Of a DNA stretch of 64,000 nt, positions 20,444 to 29,705 are shown piece by piece; positions within the stretch are counted from its first letter, which is position 1, and each line of letters begins with the position of its first letter. Source of the DNA: an uncultured Christensenella sp. (lineage in GTDB: Bacteria; Bacillota; Clostridia; Christensenellales; CAG-917). The position numbers and the translations under genes are program-made. The notes under the pieces were generated by a model. It had not been told where the DNA came from and searched no databases. It saw only the letters and a program-made list of their open reading frames with translations. The stretch spans positions 199-64,198 of the forward strand of contig CAJTYG010000006.1 in the NCBI GenBank assembly GCA_910584155.1, read 5' to 3'.

Positions 20444-21706
20444 TTACGCCTTTAAAACCTTTAGCACGTCTATGTCCGTCGAGGGGGATACGAGGCTTGC
20501 GCAAGCCTTGTCGATGTCGAAGATGTATCTTGCCGCATTCAAAACATCGTCCTTACTCGTGCCGTCGATTGCAGAAATGCGTGCGTCAAAATCATAAAGC
20601 TCGCCCGTCTGAATGGCAAACGTACCGAAGGTACGCATCATAGCCGAAGTGCTTTCCTGCCCCAACACAAGCGACGTTTTGAGTTGCTGCTTGCCCTTTT
20701 CAAGCTCCGCATCGGTAACGCCGTCGCTGACGAGCAGGTCGATTTCCTGCCTTATCGCCCTCACCGCCTTTTGTACGCTGTCGGTATTTGTCGAGGTATA
20801 TATCACATAAGCCCCGTTGTTTTCGTATGTGGACGGATATCCGACTATGGTATAGCACAGTCCAAGCTTTTCACGCACGCTTTGGAAAAGCCGTGAGGAC
20901 ATTTCCATGCTGAATATCACGCTCATAAGCTGCACTGCAACGGAGCGCTCGTCGTTGAAGGCGTATGCAGGGAAAGCAAGCGCAATGTGCGCCTGTTCTA
21001 TCTGCTTTTTCTTTTTTGTGAACGAGCTGTGATTTTGAGCGGTGGCAAGCGGCGAATGAGCGCACTTTTTCACCTTGCCGAATTTATCCTCAAAGTGTCG
21101 TTTTACAAGTTCTATCGCACTCTTTTCGGAAATATTGCCCGCAATGGACACCACCGTATTGGACGGCGTATAGTGTTTTTTATGATAGTCCTTTAAGGTG
21201 TCCGACGTCATTGAAGCAAGCGTTTTTTTGCTGCCGAGAATGGGTTTTTCAAGCGGATTGTCTTTAAAAAATGCCGTGAGCAATCTTTCCATACAAACGT
21301 CGTCGGGAGTATCCTCGCTTTCGTTGATTTCCTCTATGACGACACGTCTTTCACGCTCGAGTTCGGCTTCGTCAAAGGATGGGTTAAAATAAATATCGCT
21401 CAAAACGTCGGCGCATTTTTCTACGTTTGTATCAATGGATACAGTATAAAAACAAGTATAGCTCTTTGACGTAAACGCATTTATCTGCGCTCCTATGCTG
21501 TCTATTTCGTTGACGATATCAAAGCTGCTGCGGTTTTTGGTGCCTTTAAAGACCATATGCTCAATAAAATGCGAGATGCCTGCTATCTCGGGCGTTTCCT
21601 TGACAACGCCCGCCCCCACAAATACACCGAGCGCAACCGAGCGCACGGCGGTGTTCCGCACCAAAACGAGTTTCAATCCACTTTCAAATTCAATTAGTTT
21701 TTGCAT
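20444..21706 (-). CDS. M16 family zinc peptidase (insulinase-like, MlpA/YmxG type)
   Basis: HxxEH motif HFIEHMVFKGT. Likely start is MQKLIEF at 21706, although the ORF is open to 21769. Same neighbourhood as Bacillus pnpA-ylxY-mlpA. Confidence 0.85.
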   Translation of the reverse strand: MQKLIEFESGLKLVLVRNTAVRSVALGVFVGAGVVKETPEIAGISHFIEHMVFKGTKNRSSFDIVNEIDSIGAQINAFTSKSYTCFYTVSIDTNVEKCADVLSDIYFNPSFDEAELERERRVVIEEINESEDTPDDVCMERLLTAFFKDNPLEKPILGSKKTLASMTSDTLKDYHKKHYTPSNTVVSIAGNISEKSAIELVKRHFEDKFGKVKKCAHSPLATAQNHSSFTKKKKQIEQAHIALAFPAYAFNDERSVAVQLMSVIFSMEMSSRLFQSVREKLGLCYTIVGYPSTYENNGAYVIYTSTNTDSVQKAVRAIRQEIDLLVSDGVTDAELEKGKQQLKTSLVLGQESTSAMMRTFGTFAIQTGELYDFDARISAIDGTSKDDVLNAARYIFDIDKACASLVSPSTDIDVLKVLKA

Positions 21707-21754
21707 AGTATTATTGTAACACATAGTTTGCGGTCTGCAAACATATTTTGTAAT

Positions 21755-22474
21755 ATGAAAGAAAGACATTTCCGTTCAATTTGGGCAAATTTTGTCATAG
21801 TGGTGACACTGATAACCACATTCGGCATTGCGGTTGCGGTCACGTTCCCTACAAACGTACAGGCGCAGACGGTAAACAACGCCATTTATGAGGGCGACAA
21901 GGACGGCAAAAGCATTGCGCTGATGTTCAACGTATATGAAAATGCGCCTAACGTGGAAAAAATCGCACAGATACTTGACAGCTACGGCTTTAAGGCGACG
22001 TTTTTTGTAGGCGGCAGTTGGGTTGCAAAAAAAGCAAATACCCTGCTGAAAATTGCGTCAAGCGGCTTTGAGATAGGCAATCACGGATACCTGCATAGGG
22101 ATCACGCAAAGCTTACGCTTGCCCAAAACACAGAGGAAATCGTGCTTACCGAAAGGCTTGTCGACAGCATTTTGGACACCCTGCCCGACTACAAAAACTG
22201 CAAGCTGTTCGCACCGCCGAGCGGCAGCATAGGCAACGTGATGTTTGAAGCCTGCAAGCAGCTCGACTACAAGGTGATAATGTGGACAAGGGATACCATA
22301 GATTGGCGTGACCACGACGCAGAGGTGATATACGAGCGTGCGATAAAGGACGTCAAAGCAGGCGATCTGATACTTATGCACCCCACCGACTGCACCGTAG
22401 AAGCCCTGCCGAGAGTGCTTGAATATATCAAATCAAAAGATTTGTCTGTGGATATAGTGAGCAATGTAATATGA
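21755..22474 (+). CDS. polysaccharide deacetylase (NodB family, YlxY-like)
   Basis: N-terminal TM/signal segment, then NodB-type motifs (...GNHGYLH...). ATG at 21755 (MKERHF...). Divergent from the M16 peptidase gene. Confidence 0.8.
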   Translation: MKERHFRSIWANFVIVVTLITTFGIAVAVTFPTNVQAQTVNNAIYEGDKDGKSIALMFNVYENAPNVEKIAQILDSYGFKATFFVGGSWVAKKANTLLKIASSGFEIGNHGYLHRDHAKLTLAQNTEEIVLTERLVDSILDTLPDYKNCKLFAPPSGSIGNVMFEACKQLDYKVIMWTRDTIDWRDHDAEVIYERAIKDVKAGDLILMHPTDCTVEALPRVLEYIKSKDLSVDIVSNVI

Positions 22475-22486
22475 TAGCCAATGCGG

Positions 22487-22520
22487 TTTGCCTCTCGAAA
22501 TTATCGAGAGGCAAATTTTC
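22487..22520 (+). terminator. rho-independent terminator after the deacetylase gene
   Basis: tttgcctctcga / tcgagaggcaaa 12-bp stem, 5-nt loop, then TTTT. Confidence 0.8.
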
Positions 22521-22552
22521 ATTAGATATAGTATTTTTTTAATAATACAAAT

Positions 22553-22744
22553 TTAAGATAAAGTTGACATAGCTTTTACTGTAATAATAAAAGTTTGTCC
22601 GTTTGACATACTATATACGATTTGATTGTTTTTATATTTCAAATCACCTACAAAGCAATCTCTTAACATCGAAGCTAATTCTATTGTTAATTGATTTTCG
22701 CTGATTTCTTCATTTTTTGCTACTGTTTGTTTTGTTTCGTTCAT
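22553..22744 (-). CDS. small hypothetical protein (63 aa)
   Basis: ORF in an AT-rich insert, divergent from the XRE gene. No recognisable motif. Confidence 0.35.
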   Translation of the reverse strand: MNETKQTVAKNEEISENQLTIELASMLRDCFVGDLKYKNNQIVYSMSNGQTFIITVKAMSTLS

Positions 22745-22801
22745 TGATAATTCCTCCGATAATTTACATAGTCAGCTGCAACTTACTTTACTTATATTAT
22801 A

Positions 22802-22849
22802 ATGTCCCATTTTCATAATTACAAGCATTTACTTGCGCATATGGGACAT
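22802..22849. promoter_or_regulatory. 9-bp inverted repeat ATGTCCCAT ... ATGGGACAT in the divergent intergenic region (candidate XRE operator)
   Basis: Arms at 22802-22810 and 22841-22849. The left arm abuts a plus-strand TATAAT at 22798-22803. Confidence 0.35.
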
Positions 22850-22884
22850 AATCGTTGTCGAAAAAACACTTTTTTAGGGGAATT

Positions 22885-23316
22885 ATGTCTTATTTTTCAA
22901 ATGCGTTAAAAGAATTGTTAGATGAAAGCAAAATGGACTTTAAAACTCTCGCAACAGAGGTCGGTATAAGCGCAAGCCGTATCACTGATTATATGCGAAA
23001 CGATAAACTTCCGAATATGGAAAATTTAATAAAAATAGCCGACTATTTCAACTGCTCTACAGATTTTCTTTTAGGCAGAGAGTATGCAAGCACTGATAAA
23101 ACATTTTGCACACCGCCGCCGTTTTCACAAAGGCTACAGTATCTTAGGAAGCTTAAACAATATAAACATATAGATATTTACGGCAAAGGCGGCATAACCA
23201 AAAGCAGATATTTTGATTGGCTAAACGGAAGCCGTCAACCGTCTGTCGATAATTTGCTTCAGCTTGCCAATATTTTCGATTGTTCCGTAGACTTTCTGAT
23301 AGGCAGAGAAAAGTAA
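22885..23316 (+). CDS. XRE-family transcriptional regulator with two tandem HTH domains
   Basis: Two repeats of the HTH_3 pattern (...LATEVGISASRITDYMRNDKLPNMENLIKIADYFNCSTDFLLGRE and ...GITKSRYFDWLNGSRQPSVDNLLQLANIFDCSVDFLIGRE). ATG at 22885 follows an AGGGG RBS. Confidence 0.75.
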   Translation: MSYFSNALKELLDESKMDFKTLATEVGISASRITDYMRNDKLPNMENLIKIADYFNCSTDFLLGREYASTDKTFCTPPPFSQRLQYLRKLKQYKHIDIYGKGGITKSRYFDWLNGSRQPSVDNLLQLANIFDCSVDFLIGREK

Positions 23317-23334
23317 GTTTAAAACTATATATTA

Positions 23335-23377
23335 TTATAAAAAAACAACCCCTACTGCATTTGCAATAGGGGTTGTT
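23335..23377 (-). terminator. terminator after pnp (may also stop the convergent XRE gene)
   Basis: aacaaccccta / taggggttgtt stem, followed on the minus strand by a long U-tract. Confidence 0.8.
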
Positions 23378-23390
23378 ATTTAAAGTGTTA

Positions 23391-25505
23391 TTACGCTTTT
23401 CTTACAACTTCTTTAAGACGAAGGTCTACTCTGTGCTTTTCGTCGATTTTGATGACCTTGACGATGACTACATCGCCGACATTGACAACGTCCGTCACAC
23501 GGTCTACACGCTCGGTGGAAAGCTTTGAAATGTGTATCATTCCGTCCTTGCCCGGTGCGAAGTTTACGCTTGCGCCAAACTGTCCCTTGTCGTTTTCCAT
23601 TATCTTTGTGACAATGCCCTCGTATACGTCGCCAATCTCAACGTCACGCACGATGTTCTCAATGATAGTGCGAGCCTTTTTGATAGCTGCGTCGTCGTTG
23701 GATGCAATAAACACGCCACCGTCGTCGCTGAGGTCGATTTTTACGCCCGTATCCTCGATAATTTTGTTGATTGTCTTTCCGCCCTTGCCGATGATGTCGC
23801 CGAGCTTGTCGGGATCGACGTTAAACGACACAATCTTAGGCGCCCACTTGCTGAGCTCATGACGGGGCTCGGGCAAAACTGCAAGCATCTTGTCGAGTAT
23901 TTCAAGTCTGCCCTTTCTTGCCTGCTCAAGCGCACGGGTGAGGATATTTTCGTCAATGCCCTTGATTTTTATATCCATTTGGATAGCCGTGATACCCTTT
24001 GTCGTGCCTGCGACCTTAAAGTCCATATCGCCGAGGAAGTCCTCAAGTCCCTGTATATCGCTGAGCACTGCGACCTTGCCGAGCTCCTCGTTTTTGATAA
24101 GTCCCATAGCGATACCTGCGACGGGCGCTTTGATGGGCACGCCTGCGTCCATAAGTGCGAGTGTGCTGCCGCAAACGGATGCCTGTGAGGTGGAGCCGTT
24201 TGAGCTCAAAATGTCGGACACTGTGCGGATAGCGTACGGGAATTCTTCCTCGCTTGGCAACACAGGCTCGAGCGCACGCTCTGCAAGTGCGCCGTGACCG
24301 ATTTCACGTCTGCCGGGGCTCTTGAGCGACTTTGCCTCGCCTGTAGAATAGCCGGGCATATTGTATTGGTGCATATATCTCTTGTAGTAATCGTCGTCAA
24401 GTCCCTCAAGTCTTTGAGCCTCGGAAATGGTGCCAAGCGTACAGGTCGTCATTGCCTGCGTCTGTCCTCTTGTAAAGATAGCGCTGCCGTGCACTCTCGG
24501 AAGCATACCGACCTCGCACCAGATAGGACGTATTTCCGTGAGGCTTCTGCCGTCGGGACGTACGCCGTTGTTCAGTATCTTTGCACGCACCTTCTCTTTC
24601 TTGAGATAGTAAAGGCTGTCAAGGATAAATTTGACCTTTTTGGGCACGTCGTTAAACTGATCAGCAAAGTGTGCGAGCACGTCCTCGTTGAGGGCGTCCT
24701 CTCTCTGCTCTCTCTCGTATCTGTCAAACGCCTCGAGCACGAAGTCCATCTTTTCGTTTGCATAAGCACGCACTGCTGCGTCGATATCCTCGGGAACGTG
24801 CTCGAGCTCTATATCAAGCTTCTGCTTGCCGACCTCGGCCTGTATGCCCTCGATAAACTCGACAATCTTTTTGATTTCCTCGTGACCGAACATGATTGCG
24901 CCAAGCATTTCCTGCTCGGAAATCTCGTTCGCACCCGCTTCGACCATCATTATTGCGTCCTTTGTGCCGCTGAGGTTTAACGTAAGCCTTGTCTTTGCAC
25001 GCTGCTCCGCATCGGGGTTGATGACATACTCGCCGTCGACTAAGCCCACTACGACCGAACCCGTAGGACCTGCCCACGGAATGTCCGATATGCTGAGCGC
25101 AACCGATGAGCCTATCATTCCAAAAACTTCGGGCGGAATGTTTGTATCCACCGACAGCACCGTTGCAATGACCGTCACGTCATTGTATATTCCCTTTGGG
25201 AACAAGGGGCGGATAGGACGGTCGATAAGGCGTGAGGTAAGGATTGCTTTATCGCTCGCTCTGCCCTCTCTCTTCTTAAAGCCTCCGGGGATCTTGCCTA
25301 TTGCGTACATTTTTTCCTCATAGTCTACGCTGAGAGGGAAAAAGTCCATTCCGTCACGGGGTTGCTTTGACATCGTAGCGTTGACCATAACTACGGTATC
25401 GCCGCAGCGCACTATGCACGAGCCGTTTGCCTGACCGCAATATGCGCCTGTTTCAACAACAAGCTCTCTGCCGCCGATAGTTGTCTTAAAAACTTTTCTT
25501 TCCAT
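23391..25505 (-). CDS. pnp: polyribonucleotide nucleotidyltransferase (PNPase)
   Basis: 704 aa with two RNase PH domains, a KH domain and a C-terminal S1 domain. Confidence 0.97.
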   Translation of the reverse strand: MERKVFKTTIGGRELVVETGAYCGQANGSCIVRCGDTVVMVNATMSKQPRDGMDFFPLSVDYEEKMYAIGKIPGGFKKREGRASDKAILTSRLIDRPIRPLFPKGIYNDVTVIATVLSVDTNIPPEVFGMIGSSVALSISDIPWAGPTGSVVVGLVDGEYVINPDAEQRAKTRLTLNLSGTKDAIMMVEAGANEISEQEMLGAIMFGHEEIKKIVEFIEGIQAEVGKQKLDIELEHVPEDIDAAVRAYANEKMDFVLEAFDRYEREQREDALNEDVLAHFADQFNDVPKKVKFILDSLYYLKKEKVRAKILNNGVRPDGRSLTEIRPIWCEVGMLPRVHGSAIFTRGQTQAMTTCTLGTISEAQRLEGLDDDYYKRYMHQYNMPGYSTGEAKSLKSPGRREIGHGALAERALEPVLPSEEEFPYAIRTVSDILSSNGSTSQASVCGSTLALMDAGVPIKAPVAGIAMGLIKNEELGKVAVLSDIQGLEDFLGDMDFKVAGTTKGITAIQMDIKIKGIDENILTRALEQARKGRLEILDKMLAVLPEPRHELSKWAPKIVSFNVDPDKLGDIIGKGGKTINKIIEDTGVKIDLSDDGGVFIASNDDAAIKKARTIIENIVRDVEIGDVYEGIVTKIMENDKGQFGASVNFAPGKDGMIHISKLSTERVDRVTDVVNVGDVVIVKVIKIDEKHRVDLRLKEVVRKA

Positions 25506-25539
25506 AAATATTTCTCCTGTTCTGGGAATTCCGTCATTC

Positions 25540-25882
25540 CCGTATTTTTTAATTGTTGCTTATAGGGGATACGTTTTACACTTTAACGAAAGCCCCCTCT
25601 TTCCGGTCTCGCCGGTATTTCTCCCCCGCTCGAATAAGTCAGTATATCCGTTCTAACTATACATCGCTCGTGGGGGCGACAATCGGCACTCGTGAACAAC
25701 TGCCGTCCTTTTGTTATGCCACTCGGTCGCAAGCAATAAAACAACACTGCTTGCTTCCTTGTACCTTCCGTCGCACTTCGGCGCTCACTTTGCCGCCTCG
25801 CCCTGCGAGGCGTGTTCTAAACTTCGTAACAAGTGTTTGTCGTGTACACGCCCGTTAAAACAGAGTATGTGACATTCAGCAT
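25540..25882 (-). ncRNA. candidate structured RNA: long pnp leader or independent sRNA, family unknown
   Basis: About 340 nt between the rpsO terminator and the pnp RBS with no credible ORF. GC-rich with many local hairpins and four G5/C5 tracts that could pair alternately. Confidence 0.35.
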
Positions 25883-25913
25883 CAAAAGAGTGCGGAAAAA
25901 AATCCGCACTCTT
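25883..25913 (-). terminator. rho-independent terminator after rpsO
   Basis: gagtgcgga / tccgcactc stem with a 7-nt loop, then UUUU on the minus strand. Confidence 0.85.
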
Positions 25914-25919
25914 TTTGTT

Positions 25920-26183
25920 TTACTTTCTCAATCCAAGCGAGTTGACGATTGCACGGTATCTTTCGATGTCCGTATCCTTAAGATAGTTGAGCAAGCTTCT
26001 TCTGTGACCGACCATCATAAGCAGACCTCTGCGGCTGTGATGATCCTTGTGGTGTACCTTGAGGTGCTCTGTAAGCTCCTGAATTCTCTTTGTAAGCAAT
26101 GCTATCTGCACTTCGGGTGAGCCAGTGTCGCCCTCGCTGCGAGCATACGTTGCGATGATTTGCTGCTTTGTTTCCTTATCCAT
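25920..26183 (-). CDS. rpsO: 30S ribosomal protein S15
   Basis: 87 aa, ...[29 protein letters not shown]... canonical S15. Confidence 0.97.
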   Translation of the reverse strand: MDKETKQQIIATYARSEGDTGSPEVQIALLTKRIQELTEHLKVHHKDHHSRRGLLMMVGHRRSLLNYLKDTDIERYRAIVNSLGLRK

Positions 26184-26403
26184 TGATTTTACCTCCTTCG
26201 TTGGATAAATAATTCGCTTTAAACCAAGTAAGGACGTGGAGATTGACCAAACCTCGTTTAAAGTACGTTAGTTATATTATCACAATAAAAATATAAAGTA
26301 AAACGATTTATTGAAGATTTTTATAACTTTATAAGTATATACTAAATAAATATCGATAATGTTGTTGTTTTGCAATAACCGTTAATGTTATTCAATATAC
26401 GTT

Positions 26404-26898
26404 TTATTTCTTACGGACTAATTTGTCCTTAAACACTTCCTCAAATTCCTCGATTGTACCATCGCATATCCAATCTTTCTGACAAGCCAACCCGCTATGC
26501 TTCCAGCGTTTGAAAGAAAACAAGTAGTATTCTCCGCAGTCTATGACACTTGTTATCTTAGAAAAACCGTACTCATATTTTTCCTTTTTAGTTTTATATA
26601 CAAAATAAGCGTCGTAAATGCTTATGGTAACGACGTCGTCCCATACGTTTCTGTAAGTTTTATCTATACTGCTCTTTGACAGCAACGTAGCAAAAAAGAT
26701 TGACCACAATATACCCCATAACACAAGCATAAACAGCACCGCCAATAATTCCCCGATAGATTTCGTCACCGCAAAACCTATCATAGTAGCAAAACAGAAA
26801 ATTACTACTACGACTACTATCTGCACAAGCGATTTACAAATTTCTATACGTTGCGCTTTTATTATCTTTTTTGAACGTCTGCCTTTAAATTCGATCAC
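26404..26898 (-). CDS. YcxB-like membrane protein (two TM helices plus a small C-terminal beta domain)
   Basis: 164 aa in an AT-rich segment. Call rests on TM topology and C-terminal domain pattern only. Confidence 0.5.
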   Translation of the reverse strand: MIEFKGRRSKKIIKAQRIEICKSLVQIVVVVVIFCFATMIGFAVTKSIGELLAVLFMLVLWGILWSIFFATLLSKSSIDKTYRNVWDDVVTISIYDAYFVYKTKKEKYEYGFSKITSVIDCGEYYLFSFKRWKHSGLACQKDWICDGTIEEFEEVFKDKLVRKK

Positions 26899-26941
26899 TT
26901 TATATTCCCCACCATATTAGCTTCAAATTTAGTATATTTAG

Positions 26942-27454
26942 TTAGCTTTTTTGCTTTTTAATAAACACAACTTGGTCGTATTTTGCAGAATAATATATCG
27001 ACACGTTATCGCCCGCAAGTTTTCTCATAGGAACGTTATTGTCAAGACCTCTATGAGAGTATTTGCTCTCTTTTATGTATTCAATGCCGTCTATTTCAAA
27101 CTTTACTCTCAATGCAAGTGGGTTATTATTGAAAGCATATTCGACAGGAATGTTTATAACCTTTGCTTCCGCTTCTACAAAATCATCTTGCCATATTTTG
27201 ATTTCTTTACGTCTTTTATTATCTCTTACAAGCACGACAACATACATTATAGGGGCAAAAATACCAATAATTGCCCATCCAAAACAAGCCATAATTTCAT
27301 CCTTAGTCGAATTAAACTCAAATACTCCTATACCATAACAAACGCCTAAGGACACTGCCAGCGCAATCCCAAAAATAATACCACCCCAAAGCAGACATTT
27401 CATCGGCTTATTTAGCAGATATCCGTATTTTAGCGACGCTACAACTTTTTTCAT
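26942..27454 (-). CDS. hypothetical membrane protein (DUF3592-like architecture)
   Basis: 170 aa with two TM helices followed by a soluble beta-rich C-terminus. AT-rich. Confidence 0.45.
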   Translation of the reverse strand: MKKVVASLKYGYLLNKPMKCLLWGGIIFGIALAVSLGVCYGIGVFEFNSTKDEIMACFGWAIIGIFAPIMYVVVLVRDNKRRKEIKIWQDDFVEAEAKVINIPVEYAFNNNPLALRVKFEIDGIEYIKESKYSHRGLDNNVPMRKLAGDNVSIYYSAKYDQVVFIKKQKS

Positions 27455-27467
27455 ATATTCCCCACTT

Positions 27468-28889
27468 TCAATGACACGAAGTGTCCCAAAATTTACATTG
27501 TCTTTCCAACATCAAATCAATGCTTTTTATGTATTCTAACGGCTCTTTGTAGTTTGCGCAGCGTGTGATAAGATTTATCTTGCCATCAAATTTTTTGGAT
27601 ATTCCGTTTGCACCGTTCGCTATGATAGAGGTGTCCTCTTCCATTATATCGATGTTGTAAAGACATTCTTTGTCGGGCTTTGCGTAGCCCACGTTTTCAA
27701 GATTGCCGCTCGTATATTTTTGCCTGTACATATAATATGGCACATAGCCTGCTTCGGTCAGTTTTTTATAGGCATAATCTACCATTTTGCTTGCGGTAGC
27801 GCAATCGGTGTTGTCATATCCGCCCTGCCTCAACTGCGAGCCTTTTTTGAGATACAGCGTATGTACGGTGATATTTTCAGGCGCAAGTGCGACCGCCGTA
27901 TCAACACTGAATTTGAAATCGTCAAAGGTCTCGTCGGGCAGCATCGCTATCAAGTCCATATTGACGTCAAGCTTGCCCTTTGCAAGCGAATATGCGTTGA
28001 CTGCGTCGCCGACCGTGTGCCGTCTGCCTATCCTTTCAAGCGTTTTTGCGTTGAAGGTTTGCGGATTGACGGATATGCGTGTCACGCCGTGCGACAGCAA
28101 AACTTCTATGATTTTTTTATCTATCGTATCGGGTCTGCCCGCCTCGACGGTAAATTCCTTTGCGCCGAAATGGCAGTGCTTCAGCACCTCGTCAAGAAGC
28201 TCCGCCCCAATAGAAGTCGGCGTGCCACCGCCTATGTACGTCGCACGTATCTTCCACCCTTTGCGCTTTATCAGCTCGTGCGTCTGCTCAAGCTCACGTA
28301 TAAGGCACTCTACATAGGGCGCAACAAGCTTTTTCTGCTTGTCGAGCGGCAGGCTGACAAACGAGCAATATGCGCATTTCGTCGGGCAAAACGGAATGAA
28401 TACAAACACGTCGTATTCGTTGTCCGCCTTTTGTCGAAGCGGCGACTGCACCTCAACTATCTTTTCTATCAAAGCGACCTTTTCGAGGCTTACGCCGTAG
28501 TCGTTTACAAAAACCTCTCTTGCCGATTTGCCATAATATTCCCTGTCGTTTTGAATTTCCGTATACAGCTTTGTCGGGCGTATGCCGGTAAGGCAGCCGT
28601 ACGGCAGCTTCACGCCCGTCAAAAAGCAGAGCGTGCGATATATTGCCACCTTAAGCCACCGCTTTTCCACACGCTTGCGCATGAGGTCGTCATACATGCC
28701 GAACGGAAAATAAAAGTTTTTGTTAAAGCCGTCATATTTATCCGATTTTACGCTCACCCAGAATGAAGTTTCTCTCGCCTCATAGTCCACCGCCAAAGAT
28801 AGGTCTTCATTCGTTGCGCCCTCAAAGAGGCGAATGAGCTCCGTCAAATCGTTTTGGTATTCTTGCTTAGTCACGGAAAAATCTATCAT
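27468..28889 (-). CDS. hemZ: radical SAM coproporphyrinogen-dehydrogenase-like protein HemZ
   Basis: 473 aa with radical SAM motif CPTKCAYCSF and a HemN-like C-terminal region. Confidence 0.8.
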   Translation of the reverse strand: MIDFSVTKQEYQNDLTELIRLFEGATNEDLSLAVDYEARETSFWVSVKSDKYDGFNKNFYFPFGMYDDLMRKRVEKRWLKVAIYRTLCFLTGVKLPYGCLTGIRPTKLYTEIQNDREYYGKSAREVFVNDYGVSLEKVALIEKIVEVQSPLRQKADNEYDVFVFIPFCPTKCAYCSFVSLPLDKQKKLVAPYVECLIRELEQTHELIKRKGWKIRATYIGGGTPTSIGAELLDEVLKHCHFGAKEFTVEAGRPDTIDKKIIEVLLSHGVTRISVNPQTFNAKTLERIGRRHTVGDAVNAYSLAKGKLDVNMDLIAMLPDETFDDFKFSVDTAVALAPENITVHTLYLKKGSQLRQGGYDNTDCATASKMVDYAYKKLTEAGYVPYYMYRQKYTSGNLENVGYAKPDKECLYNIDIMEEDTSIIANGANGISKKFDGKINLITRCANYKEPLEYIKSIDLMLERQCKFWDTSCH

Positions 28890-28946
28890 TTTTTATCCTT
28901 AGCGGCTTAATGAAATTATTGTAACATAATTAAGACTGCAATGCAA

Positions 28947-29609
28947 TCAGTCTGCAATATCAAAATCGCCCTTTTGCCACATCACGGGATTGTGCTTTCT
29001 TTCATATTCGAGCGTAGACGGCTCGCCGTGTCCCGACAGCACCTTAAAGTCGCCCTGCAGTCTGAAGAGCTTATTCACTATTGAATTTTTAATTTCCGCA
29101 AAGCTTCCGTCATAAAAGTCTGTTCTGCCATACGAATTTAAAAACAGAGTATCGCCTGTAAAGAGCATATCTTCAAGCTTATAGCATACACCGCCCTTTG
29201 TGTGTCCCGATGTGTGGATAACATTGACCTTCACCCCTGCGACGGTTATAGTCTCGCCGCCGTTTAAAAGTATATCGGGCACAAACGGTTCCACCTTAGC
29301 CCCGACCGCAAACCCCATATTCTTATACGACGAGATTTTGTCGACGTCATCTTTATGTAAAAACACGCAGGCGGCTTTATTTTCGCATTGCGGAGCAACT
29401 CTCAACAGCTCGGCAACAGCGCCGATGTGATCGAAATGTGCGTGCGTCAAAAGTATTGCGTCAAGCTTTGCGCCGACAGAGTTTAGCGTTTTCACTATAA
29501 TCTGCGCCTCGCCGCCGGGATCCACCACAAACGCCAAGCCGCCGTTTACGACTACATATGTGTTAGTGCTCATTTGAGAGGTTATCAACCTGATGACTTG
29601 CACGGACAT
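28947..29609 (-). CDS. MBL-fold metallo-hydrolase
   Basis: 220 aa with THAHFDHIG zinc motif. Confidence 0.85.
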   Translation of the reverse strand: MSVQVIRLITSQMSTNTYVVVNGGLAFVVDPGGEAQIIVKTLNSVGAKLDAILLTHAHFDHIGAVAELLRVAPQCENKAACVFLHKDDVDKISSYKNMGFAVGAKVEPFVPDILLNGGETITVAGVKVNVIHTSGHTKGGVCYKLEDMLFTGDTLFLNSYGRTDFYDGSFAEIKNSIVNKLFRLQGDFKVLSGHGEPSTLEYERKHNPVMWQKGDFDIAD

Positions 29610-29705
29610 TTTGCCCCCCCTTTGCCAAAACTTCTATAAAATAGCGTGTTTTGTAGAATAGTTTTACAATATTTTATTGTTTTTAGAATACTATTGCTTA
29701 TATTT

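Noticed and set aside
25553-25858. 101-aa plus-strand ORF in the rpsO-pnp spacer
   Set aside because: Arg/Ser/Thr/Cys-rich nonsense composition, TTG start and no RBS. The region is better explained as structured RNA on the opposite strand.
25540-25882. Whether the structured spacer is a known RNA (RNase P, SRP/4.5S, tmRNA, T-box or glmS)
   Set aside because: I could not find the diagnostic strings: GAGGAAAGUCC and ACAGAAnnnGGCUUA for RNase P, the GGUCCGGAAGGAAGCAGC core for SRP, a tRNA-like CCA end for tmRNA, or the T-box sequence. Only a vague GGAAGG..AAGGAAGCA resemblance to SRP domain IV is present. The family is left unassigned.
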